A stretch of DNA of 38,495 nt, taken from IMG/VR virus record IMGVR_UViG_3300005805_000209, positions 1-38,495 of that record; one strand, written 5' to 3'. Of the stretch, positions 35,074 through 38,495 are shown in pieces. The number at the start of each line of letters is the position of its first letter. Position 1 is the stretch's first letter. The notes under the pieces were generated by a model, which saw nothing but the letters and a program-made list of their open reading frames with translations, was not told the DNA's origin and ran no database searches. The position numbers were made by a program, and so were the translations under genes. Origin of the DNA: a virus (taxonomy: Duplodnaviria; Caudoviricetes).

Positions 35074-36245
35074 AAACAGAACAGGTAGATATTAACTTAG
35101 TTAAGAGAAATCCTAACAATCCACGAATTATTAAAGACGAAAAGTTCAAGAAATTAGTTGAATCAATTAGGAAGTTCCCAGAGATGTTAGAATTAAGGCC
35201 AATCGTGGTAAATAACGACATGGTAGTTCTGGGTGGAAACATGCGCCTCAAGGCATGTAAGGAAGCGGGACTAAAAGAAATTACAATCATTAAAGCGATT
35301 GATTTAGATGATGAACAGCAGCGTGAGTTTATTATCAAGGACAATGTTGGCTTTGGTGATTGGGATTGGGAATTGATTAATCAAGATTGGGATGTTGAAA
35401 AAGTAACAGAGTGGGGTCTTGATGTTCCAGAGTTTAAAGTTGAAAAAGAAGCAGAGGAGGATGAATATGAGATTCCTGACGAGGTAAAAACAGACATCGT
35501 GCTGGGTGACTTGTTTGAGATAGGACAGCATCGACTGCTATGCGGAGATAGCACCGACAGCGACCAGGTAGCTAAGCTTATGAATGGAGAAAAAGCTGAT
35601 ATGGTAATAACTGACCCACCTTACAACGTCAACTATGGAAGCCACAATCATCCAACTTGGAAACAAGGAAACAGAAGCATTAAAAATGATCATATGGATG
35701 GTAAAGCTTTTAAAGAATTTATGCAATCTGTTGTATCAAATATAAAATTGTTTTGCGATGGTATTATTTATTGCTTTGGAGCACAAGGCGCAGATGGTCG
35801 TATCATGTTTACAGTATTGGATGAAAACTTGCATAACAGTGGCACCATTATATGGTTAAAGGATAGATTAGTTTTAGGCAGGTCGAAGTATCATAATAAA
35901 TACGAGCCTTGCTGGTTTGGGTGGAATAAGTCAGGTGACACATTTACAGAAGATAGAACACTAACAAATGTATTTGAATGTAAACGACCAATGAAAAGCG
36001 AACTGCATCCAACTATGAAACCTATAGAACTTTTACAAATGCCAATAAATCACAATCCAAAAGCAAGGAGTATCCTCGATTTATTTCTAGGTTCAGGCTC
36101 TACCATGGTAGCCGCCCACCAGCTCGACCGCAAGTGTTATGGCATGGAGCTTGACCCAAAATACTGCCAAGTTATTATTGACCGCATGAAAAAGCTTGAT
36201 CCAACAATTACAATAAAAAGAAACGGTATACCATACAATGGGTAA
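35070..36245 (+). CDS. ParB-N domain fused to an N6/N4 DNA methyltransferase
   Basis: NPNNPR...GGNMRLKA; TDPPYN; HPTMKP; DLFLGSGST. Confidence 0.9.
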   Translation: MKTEQVDINLVKRNPNNPRIIKDEKFKKLVESIRKFPEMLELRPIVVNNDMVVLGGNMRLKACKEAGLKEITIIKAIDLDDEQQREFIIKDNVGFGDWDWELINQDWDVEKVTEWGLDVPEFKVEKEAEEDEYEIPDEVKTDIVLGDLFEIGQHRLLCGDSTDSDQVAKLMNGEKADMVITDPPYNVNYGSHNHPTWKQGNRSIKNDHMDGKAFKEFMQSVVSNIKLFCDGIIYCFGAQGADGRIMFTVLDENLHNSGTIIWLKDRLVLGRSKYHNKYEPCWFGWNKSGDTFTEDRTLTNVFECKRPMKSELHPTMKPIELLQMPINHNPKARSILDLFLGSGSTMVAAHQLDRKCYGMELDPKYCQVIIDRMKKLDPTITIKRNGIPYNG

Positions 36246-36585
36246 ATCAGACAATCTAAGACCTCCTTGGCCTAAAGGAGTATCAGGTAATCCGAAAGGC
36301 AGACCACGAAAATTGCCAGGTCTTCAGCAACTTATGGCTGAAGTATTAGGAGAGTTTAAAGAAGATATGACTGCTGCTGAAGCCATACTTAAAAAGATGA
36401 GGGCTAAAGCTACTCAAGGTGATATTCGTGCAGCCGAGTTTCTATTTGCATACGCGTATGGCAAGGCGAAACAGAACCTGGAGATTAACGAGAACGGCGT
36501 AACAATCAAAGTAGTCCGCGATGGAGGTTCATATAAGCCTAAAGGAATTGCACCAGGGTCAGCTGACAGTTCTGGAGCAAGCTAA
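36238..36585 (+). CDS. terS: Terminase small subunit (DUF5681-like N-terminus)
   Basis: KGVSGNPKGRP motif directly upstream of terL. Confidence 0.75.
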   Translation: MGKSDNLRPPWPKGVSGNPKGRPRKLPGLQQLMAEVLGEFKEDMTAAEAILKKMRAKATQGDIRAAEFLFAYAYGKAKQNLEINENGVTIKVVRDGGSYKPKGIAPGSADSSGAS

Positions 36586-37744
36586 GCGATTCAACGTACT
36601 GAAGATCGGACGGCGGTGGGGCAAGACCACGCTAGCCGTCAACGAACTCCTCCCACAGCTCGCACTGGATGGCTATCCGGTGGCGTACTTCGCACCTACA
36701 TACAAGGACCTTAATGATGTGTGGCTAGACCTGCGCTTCATACTGAAGCCGATCATAGAGTCCAAGAACGAGCAGACCAAACAGATGCGGCTGATGGGTG
36801 GAGGAGTGATTGACTTCTGGAGTATGGAAGAGCCTGACAGCGGTCGCGGTCGCAAGTATGCGCGTGTCGTGATTGACGAGGCTGAGAAGGCCAAGAAGTT
36901 CAAGGAGGCGTGGAACCAGACTATCCTGCCAACGCTGATGGACTTCAAAGGTGACGCGTGGATATTGAGCACGCCTAAGTTCGGTAACACCTACTTCAAG
37001 GAATTGTTTCACCGCGAGGACCCTCAATGGCAACGGTTTAACCTGAGCACCTACTCCAACCCGCACATCGACCCCAATGAGGTTGACATCCTGCGTGAGC
37101 AGCTTGATGAGCTGACCTTCCGATGTGAGATACTTGCCGAGGATGTGAACGTGGCGAACAATCCGTTCGCGTATGCGTTCGACCCTGACAAGCACGTGGT
37201 GCCTGTGGAGTTCAACTCAGCTCTGTCGCTGTATCTATCGTTCGACTTCAACGTAGACCCTATCACGTGCATCGCGGTGCAGTACACGCATGACGGCTGC
37301 ATAAACGTACTCAAGGAGTTCTACCTGCGCAACAGCGACATCTACCAGCTGTGCGATGCGATACTGACTGCCTATCCCAAGGCGGCGTACATCATAACTG
37401 GTGACGCAACCGGAGCGAACCGCAGCGCACTGACCTCTGGCAACTACGGCTACTACGATGTGGTGCAACGGAGGCTGAACCTGGGCCGCAACCAGATGAA
37501 GCAACCGGCGGTCAACCCATCCATTCGTGACACGCGGGTGCTTGTGAACAGCCTGCTTCAGAACAGCTGCGTGAGGATTGACCCTAGCTGTGAGTGGCTG
37601 CGCAAGGACTTGCAGTACGTGGAGGTGGATGATGCTGGAGACATCCTCAAGGACAGGTCAACCGACCTTCGGAAGGCGGACTTGCTGGACTGCTGGAGGT
37701 ACTACTGCCACACGTTTCACCGCAACTTTATCCGCGCTTTTTGA
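36521..37744 (+). CDS. terL: Terminase large subunit
   Basis: Walker A GRRWGKT, Walker B VVIDEA, STP coupling motif, nuclease DFNVDP and D..DC.RY. Confidence 0.93.
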   Translation: MEVHISLKELHQGQLTVLEQAKRFNVLKIGRRWGKTTLAVNELLPQLALDGYPVAYFAPTYKDLNDVWLDLRFILKPIIESKNEQTKQMRLMGGGVIDFWSMEEPDSGRGRKYARVVIDEAEKAKKFKEAWNQTILPTLMDFKGDAWILSTPKFGNTYFKELFHREDPQWQRFNLSTYSNPHIDPNEVDILREQLDELTFRCEILAEDVNVANNPFAYAFDPDKHVVPVEFNSALSLYLSFDFNVDPITCIAVQYTHDGCINVLKEFYLRNSDIYQLCDAILTAYPKAAYIITGDATGANRSALTSGNYGYYDVVQRRLNLGRNQMKQPAVNPSIRDTRVLVNSLLQNSCVRIDPSCEWLRKDLQYVEVDDAGDILKDRSTDLRKADLLDCWRYYCHTFHRNFIRAF

Positions 37745-37747
37745 GTG

Positions 37748-37755
37748 TATCTTTG
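37748..37755 (+). promoter_or_regulatory. Bacteroidota -7 promoter box TATCTTTG
   Basis: Exact TAnnTTTG match, 4 nt before ATG 37760. Confidence 0.65.
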
Positions 37756-37759
37756 AGGT

Positions 37760-38473
37760 ATGGCAACGGTACCTATTCACATGAATGGCGTGCTACGGAC
37801 TAAGAACGTAGAGCCGCTCTCGAACTTCACGCTGTACGTATGTGAGCAGAACACAAACATCGATACTCACGTAGGCAACAACGTAACCACCGCGCCAGGT
37901 CTTGCCGCGTTCAAGGCGTTGCTTGAGAGTTACATCACCGATGCCAACGCAGGACATCCGGCAGGAACAGTCACTTCATCAAGTGTGACTGTGAACCAGA
38001 GCAACGGAAACATCACGGTGAACATCTACGGCACTGGCAACAATGCCGCGACCAAGTTCCCTGGCTCGTTCTTCACAGCTGAGACTTGGAGCTTGAAGGA
38101 CCAGCACAGTGTTAGCTTCCAGTACCTTGCCCAAGGTATTGACGGTATCACGATCTGCGATGATTGCCAGGATATGAACTTACCTAACTGCGAAGACCCG
38201 ACAGTAGAAGTTGACATAGCGGACGGAACATATACTGCAACCTTGGAAGACGAAACTACTGGCGTGGCATACACGCAGACGGTGACTGCTACCGATGGCA
38301 GCTTCACGTGGGACGCATCCACTCCTGAAGGCTTACTGACTCCGTTCAGTGTCTACACGCTGAGCCTGGTTGACGGAGATGGCAATCATGTGTCGTGGAT
38401 TACAGGAGAAGTGGAGTACAACTGCGTGCGCTTGACCTTCCAGAGTTTTGTTGACACCAACCCACCGTCATGA
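37760..38473 (+). CDS. Hypothetical virion protein (beta-rich, CDDC motif)
   Basis: 237 aa, Thr/Ser/Asp-rich; continues across the circular junction. Confidence 0.75.
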   Translation: MATVPIHMNGVLRTKNVEPLSNFTLYVCEQNTNIDTHVGNNVTTAPGLAAFKALLESYITDANAGHPAGTVTSSSVTVNQSNGNITVNIYGTGNNAATKFPGSFFTAETWSLKDQHSVSFQYLAQGIDGITICDDCQDMNLPNCEDPTVEVDIADGTYTATLEDETTGVAYTQTVTATDGSFTWDASTPEGLLTPFSVYTLSLVDGDGNHVSWITGEVEYNCVRLTFQSFVDTNPPS

Positions 38474-38495
38474 TAGAGATCGCTGTACTGCTTCT
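38087..38495 (+). repeat. Terminal direct repeat / circular overlap, copy 2
   Basis: Same sequence as 1-409, differing mostly at third codon positions. Confidence 0.97.

Larger units (their letters stand above)
1..38495 (+). mobile_element. Complete or near-complete siphovirus-like phage genome (unit length about 38,086 bp), probable Bacteroidota host
   Basis: Terminase, portal, capsid, tail, lysis and replication modules all present; ends overlap by 409 bp; TAnnTTTG promoter boxes. Confidence 0.93.

Noticed and set aside
35070-35450. ParABS partition system indicating a plasmid prophage
   Set aside because: The ParB-N domain is fused to an MTase next to terS, a common phage arrangement; no ParA
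970-38322. Minus-strand ORFs in the track (e.g. 4375..4917, 11918..12433, 8669..9172)
   Set aside because: They are antisense shadows of well-supported + strand genes and have no recognisable motifs
1-38495. Stop-codon recoding or tRNA genes
   Set aside because: Genes tile the genome intact under the standard code with TAA, TGA and TAG all used as stops; no cloverleaf seen in the few intergenic gaps

Overview
The window is an apparently complete, circularisable genome of about 38.1 kb from a tailed dsDNA siphovirus-like phage. Bases 1-409 recur at 38087-38495 with 16 substitutions. All credible genes are on the + strand and are tightly coupled. A Bacteroidota host is inferred from repeated TAnnTTTG -7 promoter boxes, the lack of obvious Shine-Dalgarno sites and a BT4734-type primase-helicase. 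Circular gene order: terS-terL; tail chaperone, fibre, tape measure and tail-tip genes; a glycosyltransferase; portal, minor head, scaffold, MCP, neck and tail tube; lysis; early/recombination genes (ERF, C5-MTase, VRR-NUC); replication (initiator with iterons, primase-helicase); a sugar cluster (2x GT2, FkbM-like MTase, gmd, fcl); and a ParB-MTase. No integrase, tRNA or CRISPR array was seen. Highlights: a phage-encoded GDP-fucose/glycosylation kit, a kissing-loop leader RNA before the replication initiator, a two-frame nested C5-methyltransferase with repeat cassettes, a probable -1 frameshifted tail chaperone, a portal with a DnaJ-type Zn motif in a Cys-rich virion, and probable leaderless promoters. 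Product calls come from motifs and synteny read by eye, with no database search.
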